From the NCBI GenBank assembly GCA_949358305.1, contig OX442314.1, forward strand, positions 31,000,001 to 31,064,000: a stretch of 64,000 nucleotides of DNA, written 5' to 3'. Position 1 is the stretch's first letter. The number at the start of each line of letters is the position of its first letter. Below, piece by piece: positions 36,601 to 49,200 of the stretch. The notes beneath the pieces are model-generated. The model did no database searches. It was given only the letters and a program-made list of their open reading frames with translations, and was not told where the DNA came from. The translations under genes were made by a program, and so were the position numbers. This stretch comes from Strigamia acuminata. Taxonomy: Eukaryota.

Positions 36601-37750
36601 TCTGGGTCTTCCTGTTCCTCGGCGTCGGTAAAATGAATGTCATCTGTTGGTTCAGGCGTTTCAAAGTGACCCGTTTCTGTCAAATCGGATGCTGCTTCGT
36701 GTTTGTCTTTAGCTTCGATCAATTCTTGCAACCAAACTATTTTTGTCTTCATTTTAATTCTGATTTTAAATCGAGAGTAAAACGAATGAATTTGAGATCT
36801 TGCTTTGGAGATCCCAGTACTATCTTGCTCAAGAGAAGATGTAATATGATCTAGTATTCTCGTTTGGAGCACTTATATATGACTAGAATACGTAACGTTG
36901 GATTGACGTACATCAACTGCATATACGGTACGAAACATAAACGTACCATATACATATACATATATGTGACGTGCCGTATACGTTATGCGGTCGCTGAAAT
37001 TTTTGGACTGGATTCCATGTAGATCACAAAAAAAAAATTTAATTCAAAATTCGTTTGATTCTGAAGTGGAATTTGTTAAATAAAAGTATAAAAATATTGT
37101 TAATGTTTAAAACTGCAGTAAAAACTGTTGATATTACAATTAAAACAGTTGAAACTGCAGTTAAAACGGTTGAAATTGCAGTTAAAACAGTTGAAACGGC
37201 AGTTAAAACAGTTACAAATCGTTATAACGAATTTTCCTAGTTTACTTGAATAGCCTTACCCATGCACGTGGCCAAACTTTTTCATTGCATCCATGTCTTG
37301 GTTTTGCATAGGCTAAAACGTAAACATTGAATCATATTGAAACAGTTACTACTTTTAAATGACTGCTTCTTAAACTTACATACTTCCAAAGTGGTTTTAA
37401 TGTTCCAGTCAGGAAACTCGGTTTCTCTCCTGGAACACCTTGTTTCTTCCAATAATCGAATGTCCAGGTTGAATATCTAAAGAATATTGTAGTGGTTTTG
37501 CAATATAGATAAAATAAAACCAAAATGGTGACAAAAAATGTTTGATTTTCTATTCATCTGGTACATTTCTAAATTTAATTTAATTTAATTTCATCATCAT
37601 GATTTTGCAATCATGCATGTACAAAAAAAATTAAAACAAAAACTGCTATTAAAAGTATAAAACTACTTACATGTACCATACTGATAGCGATCCAATGATA
37701 GTAATTAACCAGTATTGGTAAAAATCAAAAATAAACGTGAGAAAATCCAT
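33685..37750 (-). CDS. CYP3A-like paralog C, ~13 exons, intron 3 enlarged by a nested kinase gene
   Basis: Exon 1 MDFLTFIFDFYQYWLITIIGSLSVWYM, then YSTWTFDYWKKQGVPG, AGHETTA and [14 protein letters not shown]. Confidence 0.88.
35610..36752 (-). CDS. SRPK-like: Intronless SRPK-like (SR protein kinase) gene nested in CYP C intron 3, 380 aa from first ATG
   Basis: YYPVKI..RYKIVRKLGRGNFSTVWL, HVCMVFDVLGENLL, IIHADIKPENV, ADLGNACW, IQTRPYRSPEV and ACMAFELATGDYLF motifs. TATA-like TATATAAG ~120 nt upstream. Confidence 0.92.
   Translation of the reverse strand: MKTKIVWLQELIEAKDKHEAASDLTETGHFETPEPTDDIHFTDAEEQEDPDSDCLGSYYPVKINETYNNRYKIVRKLGRGNFSTVWLSWDQLEKRFKALKFLRNGHIVTKAAMDEIDLLKCAEYYDSPENRKVVHLLDRFLVSGENSVHVCMVFDVLGENLLKPIVRSGYKAMPLSSVKSIIKQVLEALDFLHMKCNIIHADIKPENVCVDVNDKSKVTLADLGNACWVDHHFSGLIQTRPYRSPEVILNVGYGTAADIWSTACMAFELATGDYLFSPDFECRFLSDDENHLAMMVELLGAVPKPLAYGNRFSRGFFNEKGSLWNFLHVKSFGLGRVLSEAYGWDAVETRQFADFLLPMLALDPNCRSSAKECLKHEWLQ
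37110..37215. repeat. 21-bp minisatellite (GCAGTTAAAACAGTTGAAACT-like, ~5 copies)
   Basis: Visible tandem units in CYP C intron 3. Confidence 0.8.
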
Positions 37751-39560
37751 TTAATAATTTTAAATTTTTGTGCTTAGTTTGCTTTGCCCTTGATTCCAAC
37801 AACAATTTCTGTTGTGCATGGTGTTATCAGCTGAAAGCTGATCTAAACATACGTATGACCTCACTACAGTCACTAGTTGCGCCTGGTAACAAGATATTAT
37901 TTGATTAATATCTTTAAAATTATATATTGATACAATAATATCACATTTTCCATCTCCTGAGTGTCTGGAGAGTAAAGTTTGCTATAGTTTTTGCGGCTAA
38001 TTAGGTCATGATTGATTTGATTATAGAATGTTATGACATTGCTTTACCTTTTTAATTTTTTAATTTTTATATACATTTAATGGGAAGAATACAAACATAA
38101 TAAATGTTTTGTAATTGATGCTTTTGTGTGTAACTTTGTTGGAAAATAAATGAAAGAATTGTGCTTTGCTTTAGTTTCTGGAGAAAATTTGAATTTGAAA
38201 TAAAATTGGTGTCGCGCTCTGTCATTTGTATTTTCTAAAAAAAAAAAAAAAATCAATACCGATATTTAACTTTTGAAAATCGCCGGTCATTCCCATACGA
38301 TGCGACAGAAGCGCCATCGAGTGGTCTAAACTGTCACTACGGAATATTTATTTAGGCCTGTTTTTTACTCCGCCTTCTCCGTTCTTGATAATAATCATGC
38401 GAAATTAAAATCTGTAGTTATCAATTTCTAAATCATACTGAAATTTGTAATCCCTGATTCAGAAGAAGAGTTTAATCTAAATCCTTACCAATAAATAAAT
38501 AAAGAAATAAATAAATAAAAACGAAAGATTTGTTCTACTTTGAGTGGATACAGTGTTTTCCCCCTTGTGAACCCCGTACAAGAGTGCGCAACCTTGAAGA
38601 AGATATCTTCTTTACTCTATGGCACAACATTGCTGATGATGGTGGCTTATTTCGTTGAATTTTGTCCTCAGATGGGTGATTTTTCAATCTAATGCTTCAT
38701 GCTTAGTTTATTTAACTAACGTATTTACTTCACCGTTTCTTTTGAATTTTGCGACTCGATTTTGTCCAATATTGCATTCCATCCGTGCTTCGAGTTTCAA
38801 GCGAGTGGTCATTTATCAAATCAATGAAAAAACAGGAAAATTCTGAGGATTGGAAATATTACTGTGAAAATTACTGATAATATATGAAATTTCTTGGTGT
38901 AAACAAAATCAAAAACGAAAATTGTTTTTAAATCAGGATGCACGAGAGAAAAGACACTAAGGATTTGTTCTCTCTTGATCGGATATCCTGTTTTTTCTCG
39001 TGTGAACCCCGTACTTAACTGTTCTCACAAAGGAAAGGCGGCGGTCGGTCGGTTCGTGAGTGCGCTTCGTGAGTGCTGATCATGGTGTATTTCGATTAAT
39101 TTTTGTCCTCAGATGAGTAATTTTTCAACGTAATGTATCGAAGTATGTTTGTTTAGCATTGCGTCAGGTTTGTTTCACTACTTATTTCGAATTTCGCAGA
39201 TTGTTTTTGTCGATCGCCATTTCACTCCATCCGTTCGCCATATTTCAAGGGAGTGGTCATATCAACTAATTCTGTAAGTAAAAAAAACAGGTAAATTGTT
39301 CGATTTAGAAATGGTGAGGAGGAATTACTCAAACTGTACGAAATTTCTAATTTTTCTTTACTTTTTTCATATATTTATTCTTTTAATTTTATTTATTTAT
39401 TTTTTCATACACCAAGGGAAGGAAACCAATGACGTTGACGGTTTTGGGAGGAAATGGAAGCAGATGCAGGAAAACAAAGAGATTAATGGCTGCAGGTTAA
39501 GGGGGGAAGTTGTTGTTGTTCTGGTGGTCGCCGCTGATTCCACAGTGGTAAGTGGGCAGG

Positions 39561-39561
<1 letters not shown>

Positions 39562-39593
<32 letters not shown>
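39562..39593 (+). repeat. Poly-G tract (~32 nt)
   Basis: Homopolymer followed shortly by a C-run. Confidence 0.9.
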
Positions 39594-39595
<2 letters not shown>

Positions 39596-39794
39596 CAGTT
39601 GGGGCGGCTCTCCCCCCCCTTGAATAGTAAATAGGGGGTGTAAAATCCAACTCTCAACCTCCACGCGGTCACCCCTGGAGAAACTGACGACTTGAACTAG
39701 TCTCAGTGGAACCAAAAGAGAGCTCTGGTCAAATGCAGCTGCATGCAATTTGTCCCGCTTTCAATTTAAAAATATATGTATTTTGTGGTTGATA

Positions 39795-39975
39795 TATTTT
39801 GTATTGTAAGCTCGCAACCAACGTGGCATTTACATTCATTTGTATTGCAAGCCCACACCCTACACGATTGTGGCATTTACATTTATTTGTATTGTAAGCC
39901 TGCAAATCCTACAAGATTGTGGCATTTACATTTATTTGTATTGTAAGCCTGCAATCCTACATGTGGCATTTACAT
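39795..39975. repeat. ~40-50-bp imperfect tandem repeat (GTGGCATTTACATTTATTTGTATTGTAAGCC...)
   Basis: Three to four visible units. Confidence 0.8.
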
Positions 39976-40379
39976 GATTTTATACCGCATTTTATACCGC
40001 ATTGTTACATGAATGTGGCATCTATTTTATCCAATATTTTCTTCAGAAGATTCCTGAAGTATTTGTGCAGGTGGTGGTTCTTGATTCAATTTTTGAGATT
40101 GATTGTTCCTGGATCTTGTTTCACATACAGTACAACTGTTTTTCCTTCGTATTTGTTTGTTGTTGTTTGGTCATTTGTGTAAAATGATAATTTTTATATT
40201 TTACTATCTTGATTCTCTGGTTTTGATTTATATTCACATTATCATTCAAAGGTTAATTATCTCTAAATTTTATCACCACGCTTGTTGGTCCACCAGTCGT
40301 GTTTGGCTCTTACTCCTGTACCCACTTTCGGATTTGTTCCAGTCTGGCGCCGGAAATCCACCCCCCCCAATGGTATTCT

Positions 40380-41010
40380 GCCGCTCAAATTACTCATACC
40401 CGTTGGTCTCCCCGCCGGTGCACACCTGACAAGCCGCATTCGGAAACGTTGAGTCCTAATCGGCATGACATCCAAACTATTCCCCTACAGTGTAAATAAA
40501 GGCTTGTGGTTCGTGGGTATGAAAATCTCGCCCCATCAAGTACTTTGAAAATTTCTCACATGCCCAGGTGACGGCCAAAGCTGCTTCCTCGAACTGGGTG
40601 CAGGTAGCCTCTCCGTCTGCTGCAGCAGGCCTGCACCCAGCCCAAGCGATGATGCATCTGCTGACACTATTATCTCTGCCCCCGGATCGTAATGGCACAA
40701 CTCCACGTCTCGAAAGTGCCTCCTAGATACATGGGGTCGATCTCAACTTCACAAGAACTTAATAATCCCCACATTGGTCTAATCTCCCACAACTGCGGTA
40801 CAAACTTTCCTAAATGGTTGATGAGCCTCAACAGCTGGCTTCCCCCTGAAACCGAATTTGGCGGCTCCATCTCTATGAATGCCGTCACCTTCTCCAGTTC
40901 TGGTTGCACCCCATGTTTGCCAATGTAGACTCCCACAAACTTGATATTTGCTGGCCAAAATTTGTAGACCTCCCTATTCAATCTCACAATACATTTGACA
41001 GTCGCTTATC
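40380..41010 (-). pseudogene. Decayed Ty3/Gypsy pol (RT/RNase H) fragment
   Basis: GVQPELEKVTAFIEMEPP..LINHLGKFVPQL, ALAVTWACEKFSKYLMG and PIRTQRFRMRL, spread across frameshifts. Confidence 0.85.
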
Positions 41011-43369
41011 GTATTCTTGTCTCGCGCATGTTATACTGGCAATAGGCCCATCGTGTTAAATTGTCTGGGGATATAAAAATAAATATGTAAAGAATATTAT
41101 TTAACCAAATTTATTTTAAAATCCGGGGTCAAATGTTCTTAAAAATCAAGAAATGTCAATTAGACGTCATGTTCAAAAATATATTTAAAGATAAACGAGA
41201 GAAAACCAGTTGCGATGCCATCATTAAACCCCAAGAATTAAATTTTCGCCATTCCCTCTCTACCCGCATGAAAATAGTTATTATAATAATATTAAGCATA
41301 ACTTAACAAATCCATCAACAAACACATTTGCACGTTTTGCAAGATGATTAATATGGCTGTAGACCACATAATTCTCTTTGACAGGGTAAATGATTAAATC
41401 TTTATGTTTGACGGATTTATAATTCATATAGCCTCGGATGATGACCATCTGTGAGTTGATTGAGTGCAGAATGGAAGTGTCCATCATTCTATCTTGTGAT
41501 TGGTGTTCACGATGTTTTCATAAAAGGCACTGGCTTTTTATTGAAAAACATTTGATAAACAGGAAGCGAGTTGATATTTCACATATGGAAATGTCACATC
41601 AGCTCCAGGAAATGTTTTTGACATTTTTAAGGCACAACTTCCTTTCAAGTTTTAAGACAGAAATAAAAGTTTTTTAAAAATAAAGAAAAAAAAAGTTAGT
41701 TAGAAAAAAAAAGTTATAGAAATAGAAATACAATGTGAGCGACAAAGCTCACGCAGAATAGCGAGACGGACTCGCCTGAAAATATTTAACGGCTCGGTCG
41801 ATGGTGAAGACTTGTAAACTCCGGAGGAACTCCGCGGTGGTTTACAGTCGTTCACGTTGATTCACTGCAAGTGTGTTTGCTGTGGCGACGTTGGAGTGCC
41901 CGGACAAGTCAAAGGAGCACACGATGGCCGACAGTGAGCAGGTTTTTCTCAGGCGTTACTCGAGATTCGTAATAGTGCGTGTAACAGACGGTGTATGTTA
42001 CACACCAGCGCAAATGTGGCTGGTTCCACTGGAAAATCAGTGGAGACAGCAGAGTCTCAACTCACCAAATGTTATACTATCAATACTTGAAGTTCTGGGT
42101 GGTTCAAAGCAGTGATGTTGTGTGTTGTTGGTGTGTGATGTCAAGAGTGAGTAAAACCGCCAAAATTTGGGGTTTTTATGCACACTCAGGTCCTGCGCAA
42201 TTTTATTCAACAGGATTTTGTGGGTTATATCAATCAATTATACCTGTGGATAGGCTTTCAAGTACTCGAACAAGCGGTTCATTAACAAGTACCGGCCATG
42301 GCTCGACCACCGTTCCTATCATGACCATTGCCTTACGTGCAGCCAGTGCGGCATTCCTCTGGTGTATTATCATGTCACCTAACAGGATGTCAATACGAAT
42401 AAATTTTCTGCGGTGAGTTGGGGATATTCTGGAAGTGGCGATGGTGGTTCCATGTTGTCCCCCTGTTCTCTTTGTATTACAACGGGCTGGGCTACGGCAC
42501 GATGTTCTTCGTTATTTCGCCGATATATGTCAACTTGCGATTGAAGGCGTATTCGGTACTCATCATCTTCATTGCGCCTTGCACCATTTGCACCAATGTC
42601 GCATCAGCTGCAGGAAATGTTTTTGACATTTTTAGGCACAACTTCATTTCAACCTTTAAATGAAAAGAGAAGTTTCGCAAGTTTCAGGGAGTGCGGAAGA
42701 AATTGAAGTCACTTTGGATTGCTATTTAGACGAACTGGTCAAGCTTTTGGTTGGAAGGAAGTCCACTTCAACCATTTCCATTTGTTTAGAAGTAATTTTA
42801 TTTTGTACTTTTAAGCTTTTGTCTGAATTAAATCATTTATTTTGTTTAGCAACGACCATTTAGAACACAACTGAGTGTTTTAAATTGTTCGCACGAGATG
42901 TTACAAACAGCGAGCAGGCTGTTTGAAGCACAACGTAATTGTTTTAAAAGCAACATTTGTTCCTCACATGTCGCGAAGTCGATTGTTGCAATAAACACAT
43001 TCGGTCTGCCTCTCTTCTCCAATGCTGGAGTTTTTTCTTCTGGCTTTGACTTCTTAAACTTTATCGCTAAAAGCTGAGTTAACTCAACTCCAACTGATGT
43101 TCAGTTGGAGTCTGATGAGGGTCTTGAACTCGTTAAAGTTCAAAACGATTCGCTTTTTGTCAAACTGTAATGAGAAACAAATAATATTAAAATCACATTT
43201 TTCCAGTTTGGGAAAAATATGGAATTTTGTCCTTCGTATGAATGCCTTTATCATTGATCTCCATGATTCTACCGGACCATCTTTTTAAGAGTATAGACGC
43301 TAATGTCTCTAGCTTTTTCTGTCTTTCTTTGAAAGTTTTACCATCTATCATTGTCAAAGATGTCGGGCC

Positions 43370-43814
43370 GGCAGGGTCCAGAGGGGGGTGGTGGAAAATC
43401 GAGTACCAATACCCCAACTCCTCGCTGAAATCCTGCCACCACCCCTCATTCACATCCGTCACAGAAACGTACTGGTGGGTTTGCAGCCAGCAGTGGTTCC
43501 TTCCATACACGAACCGGGTGAACCCTCGCCCCGTGATTGAATTCGCCCGTCTGGATACGAGCAGCACAAACGTTGTGGTCATACGGAAAACCCACAATCA
43601 TTGGATCTTCCGGCATCATGGCTGGTTGGTCTGCAAATCGTTCGGCGAACGCCGCCAACTCCGTCTCGAAATTTGTCTTTCGCCATGTGCGACGCTGGAG
43701 GCCTGGTGGGAGTTCCGGGACGTCGATGAGACGTACTCTGTCGTCCTGGTCTGATGTTTCTCCCGCCCTCCACGCCACTATACCAATAATCTCCTTCTCT
43801 GCGCTCGGTGACAA
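43370..43814 (-). pseudogene. Unknown repeated gene remnant (module D: DQDDRVRLIDVPELPPGLQRR), also at ~53137-53285 and ~57510-57880
   Basis: Three diverged GC-rich copies that conserve the minus-strand peptide. Confidence 0.7.
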
Positions 43815-45079
43815 TGCACAGAGGACCCCCAGCGCACGGCCCGGAGTCGAATCCTTGGATTAATATTGAGTCAAAACTTGTCTAATAAATTTGGCGCTTT
43901 TTTGATTGTCGAACCCCATCTCAAGAGTGTTGCTGGGGTTTTTTGGTACTATGCAGGCGTACATTAAATTGAAACAGCTACTTGTAAACTGAAAGAAAGT
44001 TTTTTTTTTTGTTAATGACTGATGAAGGAGGATTGCTGGGTCCGGATCTTGGCTTCGAGTCAAGCAACCACTCGGTTGCATAAATCTGCGTTGTACAGCA
44101 AGATTTTTTTTTTGTTCTGACCGTTATATGGAAGAATGGATACAACCAGCGCAGCTTCTGGTACGCAGTCAATATGATGCAACGTCCGTTTCCCTCTAAA
44201 AAGGTGGTCCGTTTCGGGGAAGTGACAGGGTAAACGATTAAATCTTTATGTTTGACGGATTTATAATTCATATAGCCTCGGATGATGACCATCTGTGAGC
44301 TGATTGGGTGCAGAATGGAAGTGTCTTATCATTCTTTCTTGTGATTGGCGTTCACGATATTTTCATAAAAGGCACTGGCTTTTTATTGAAAAACATTTGA
44401 TAAACAGAAAGCGAGTTGATATTTTACACATGGAAATGTCGCATCAGCTGCAGGAAATGTTTTTGACATTTTAAGGCACAACTTCATTTCAACCTTTAAA
44501 TGAAAAGAGAAGTTCTGCAAGTTTCAGGGAGTGCGGAAGAAATTGAAGTCACTTTGGATTGCTATTTAGACAAACTCGTCAAGCATTTGGTTGGAAGGAA
44601 GTCCACTTCAACCATTTCCATTTGTTTAGAAGTAATTTTATTTTGTACTTTTAAGCTTTTGTCTGAATTAAATCATTTATTTTGTTTAGCAACGGCCATT
44701 TAAAACACAACTGAGTGTTTTAAATTGTTCGCACGAGATGTTACAAACAGCGAGCAGGCTGTTTGAAGCACAACGTAATTGTTTTAAAAGCAACATTTGT
44801 TCCTCACATGTCGCGAAGTCGATTGTTGCAATAAACACATTCGGTCTGCCTCCTCTTCTCCAATGCTGGAGTTTTTTCTTCTGGCTTTGACTTCTTAAAC
44901 TCTATCGCTTGTTTTGGATACAGCTTCCTAAACCTTGTTGTATTTCTTTTCAGCTAAAAGCTGAGTTGACTTAACTCCAACTGATGTTCAGTCGAAGTCT
45001 GACGAGGGTCTTGAACTCGTTAAAGTTCAAAACGATTTGCTTTTTGTCAAACTGTAATGAGAAACAAATAATATTATAA

Positions 45080-45427
45080 TCACATAAATAATAATAATAA
45101 AGGACTTATGCTTTTCTCAATTAAGAATATGCGCCATTCTGACTTCTGGATTTCAATGAAGTGCCTTTGACCAAAAGTTATGCTTATATCAGCCGAATCG
45201 GTTTTGCATTTTGCTGCAGCTTGCTTAATTTCTGACCAGCATTGAACAAAACACTGCCATATGTATTCATTAAACGCAAATCCGTCAACGGCAGCAAGAT
45301 CTCTGGTTTCCTTAGAGATTTTATAGTGTCTTAAATGAACCAGTATCTTCCCCTCAAATTCGGTCACAGTTGCATAAAAATCTTCTTCATCCAACTTGTA
45401 CTCATGAGGCTGGGAATTTGAAGTCAT
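45080..45427 (-). CDS. PC4/p15-like ssDNA-binding-fold protein, probably virus- or TE-derived and possibly truncated
   Basis: FYATVTEFEGKILVHLRHY..DGFAFNEYIWQCF fits the PC4 pattern (V..F.GK..V.IR.Y...GI.L...W). Confidence 0.6.
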   Translation of the reverse strand: MTSNSQPHEYKLDEEDFYATVTEFEGKILVHLRHYKISKETRDLAAVDGFAFNEYIWQCFVQCWSEIKQAAAKCKTDSADISITFGQRHFIEIQKSEWRIFLIEKSISPLLLLFM

Positions 45428-46289
45428 TTTGATCTTGAATTAAGAAAGATTATTTACTACTATCTTCAATTTGTGATAATGGCAAAATTCCAAGAGACTA
45501 GCTTCTAATTCTTCTACTCGTTTCCATTTTTCCAGTTTTGGAAAAATATGGAATTCTGTCCTTCGTATGAATGCCTTTATCATTGATCTTCATGATTCTA
45601 CCGGACCATCTTTTTAAGAGTATCGTAGACGCTAATGTCTCTAGCTTTTTCTGTCTTTCTTCGAAAGTTTTACCATCTACTTCTAAATAAAATTCCATGT
45701 TATCAAAAAAGTTTAATTACATATATTATACTGGCAATAGGCCCACCGTGTTAAATTGCCGGGGTGACCCTGTTCGGTCCAGTACCTCAGCTCTTCTTGT
45801 ACATAGCTTATGACAGTGGTTATCTGAAGCTTAGCCCAGATGGTTTCTAAAAATTCCTTTTTTAGAGCTGTGGTTTTGAAGAAATTATCGCAGTCTTTTT
45901 GTTCCTACTCGGTGGCCGACAAACCATTGGCGACAACGAATCCTGAAAGATAGTATCTCCCTGTAGGATCGAATGACAGTGAGTCCAGCCAGATTGAATG
46001 CTATAACATAAAGTGACTTTATTTCTAGTGCAAGGTCACCACGTGACCTCACCTGGTCAGGTGTATACACAAACAAGTAGTGCCCTCTAGTGGCAATACA
46101 TAAGATCACGACAACATCTTTTTTCCTCAATAAATCAATTCTCAAATGTACAATAAAATGTTAAACAATAAATTAATGAAATGAACTTTTACAATTGTGT
46201 TCAGGCCCGAACTAAAGAAATTTAAACAATACTAGTACTTATTAATCTTCAAATAATAACAATACAACTTCAACATCGTACACTGGCTT

Positions 46290-49200
46290 TCATCTGCCAT
46301 AAAACTCCGGTGGGTGTCTGTCTCTTGCGGAACGCCTCAATGGAATCTCTGGCTCAGCTGGCTGTACGATTACAGGTGTCGGTTCGGGAATTGGGTTTTG
46401 CTCCACAATCTGTCTCGGTTCGGTTTCGTCTAGTCCGTCTGGAATCATCAACGCCTCAGGGGGTGATGTCATCTCAGTATGGTGTGTGTTGTCCAGGTAC
46501 TCGTCCTCGTGTTGAATAAACCGCTTGACATGTGTGATATTTCGTTTTATCACTCTGCCTTCTGGAGTTTCTAAAATTACACAGTTTTTCTTTTTATCTT
46601 TAACAATCATTAAATCATTATGAAATGCAGAATCTAATTTGTGTTTCCTAATTTTAGAGAGCAGCACTTTATCTCCCACTCGAATCCGGCTTTGTTCCGC
46701 CCGTCTCGTTTGATCTGCGTACACCTTCGATTTTTCTTTTTCTGCCGCATCTCTTGCTCTAACTTCCCTTATTAATTTACTAGTTGGGTTTTTTAGAAGT
46801 TGTGGCAACTTATTCTTCATAATTCTCCCTGTCATTAATTCGTGCGGGGAAGAACCAGTTGTTCGGTGTGGCGTACTTCTATATGACTGTAAAAATTCGC
46901 CAAGCGCTATTTTCCAGTTTCTTCCCTCCACCAAAGCGGCCCTAAATGACTTAACAAACGACTTATTCAGTCTCTCAACGGTCCCATTGGCCTGAGGCCA
47001 GTATGGGGTCACTCGCCGATGTGTAACTCCACATTCCAACATAAACTGTCCAAAATGGTCGGATACGAATTGTGGTCCGTTATCAGATGTCACGACGTCC
47101 GGAATTCCCCACGAATCGAAAATTGACCTCAACCATTCAACTATTTCCTCTGCCTTAGTGGATTTCAATATTTTAGCTTCTGGCCACCGTGAAAAGTAAT
47201 CCACCGCTACTATGATGGAATTTCCGTCCATGAACGGCCCGCAAATGTCAATTCCGAGTTCTTTCCACGCTGCCTTCGGTAAAGGGGTGCTACGAATCGG
47301 TTCCGTTCTTTCCGTCTGTCCACCGTATTGACAAGCCTTACACGAATGAATCGCACGCTCAACATCTCCGTCTATTCCCGGCCACCATACTTTTTCTCTT
47401 AAACGTTGTTTTGTTTTTACGATCCCCTGATGACCGATATGTGCCAATTGAATGACTTTCGCGCGCAAATTCTTCGGAATTATGATTCTCGTTCCTCGCA
47501 TCAAGATCCCCTTCACTACGGACAATTCACTTCTTACTGCATTAAATCGAGTTATTACTTTCGGGAAATCCTTCGTCTGTTGTAATGACTTCTTTATTTC
47601 TTCAATCTCGTCGTCGACTCTTGATTCTTTTTCGACTTCATCCACCGTCATCGCCTTCGGAATTGCACTATTTAAAACAAAATGAACATGTTTCTCACTT
47701 TCTCCGACTACTGCCTTTCCTTCGTCTTCCGGTAACAATCTGGAGAGCGCGTCGGCAATGTTCGAGGTTCCAGGTTTGTGCCTAATCGAAAATTCGTAGG
47801 GCTGCAGCCTAAGAACCCATCGTTCTATTCGAGCTGAAGGCTTTGAACGCGCCGAGTAAATGACCTCAAGAGCTTTGTGGTCGGTGATCAATTCAAATTT
47901 TAAACCTATCAGGTAGATGCGAAATTTTTCGCATCCCCATACGACCGCCAAAGCCTCTTTTTCGGTCTGCGAGTAGCGACGTTCGACCGACGATAACGTC
48001 CGACTTGCGTACGCCACTGGTCGCATCAAACCATCGCTCTGACGTTGAGTTAGCACCGCACCGAGTCCGACGGGCGACGCATCGACTGTTAAACGTGTTT
48101 CGGCGTCTTTCTTAAAAAACGCCAATGTGCTCGCCGCGCACAATGCATCTTTCAACGCTTTGAAAGCGACGTCCTGTTGTTTTCCCCATGTGAAGACGAC
48201 ATCTTTCCTCGCTACTTGTCGTAAGGGTTCGGCCAACGAGGCAAAGTCTGGAATAAATCTAGCACAATAATTAACAAGTCCCAAAAAACTACGCACCTCT
48301 GTTTCGTTTTTCGGTGGAACTGCACTTCTCACCGCTACGACCTTCTGGTCGGCAACTGCAATACCGTCACTTGAAATTATGTGTCCCAGAAAGTTTAATT
48401 TCGTAAGTCCAAATCTGCATTTATTTAGGTTCAAAGTTAACCCGTTGTCTTCGAGAACCTGTAACACCTTCTTTAATCTGTCGTTATGTTCTTTCGGTGT
48501 TTTTCCATAGACGATAATATCATCTAAACTATTCTTTACACCTGAACACCCTTCTAAGACCGTTTGAATAATTCGTTGATAGTCTTCGGGGGCCGAAGCC
48601 ACCCCGAAAAACAATCGTTTGTAACGGTATAAACCGCGATGTGTGACGAATACCGTGTAACGACGGGAGTCCTCTCTCAGCGGTATTTGCAGGTACCCCC
48701 ATCTGCAATCCAATTTACTAATTAAAGCTGCACCGTCGATTTCTTCAAGTATCTCCTCCATTGTTGGAAGAGGATGACGGCATCGTCGCACCGCTTTATT
48801 CACGGCACGCATATCCAAACATATGCGTACTGAGCCGTCAGGTTTACCCACCGGCACCAACGGCGAAACCCAATCGGTGGGGCCGGTTACTGGTTCGATA
48901 ATGTCTTGATCTAATAGGACATCTAACTCCACGTCAACTTTTTTCCTTACATGAAACGGCACTCTCCTCACGGATTGCGCCACGGGTCTCACTAATGGGT
49001 CTATATGCAAATCAAGTTCAAAATTTTTTAATTTCCCGATACCTTCAAATAATTTCCCGTGTGGCTCAACTATCCGTTTAATCTCCTCGGTTAAATCCGC
49101 CATAATAGCGTCGAAAGTCGCATCCGTCTTCCTATCTTCGACTGCGCCGATCGACTCTTCGCTAAATCTAACGAAACCAAGCTGTTCTGAAGTTATCTTC

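Noticed and set aside
36753..36872. 40-aa N-terminal extension of the kinase in the ORF track
   Set aside because: It begins at GTG overlapping the TATA-like box; the first ATG at 36752 is the more plausible eukaryotic start.
39296..39748. Poly-Gly and poly-Pro ORFs
   Set aside because: Produced by the poly-G tract.
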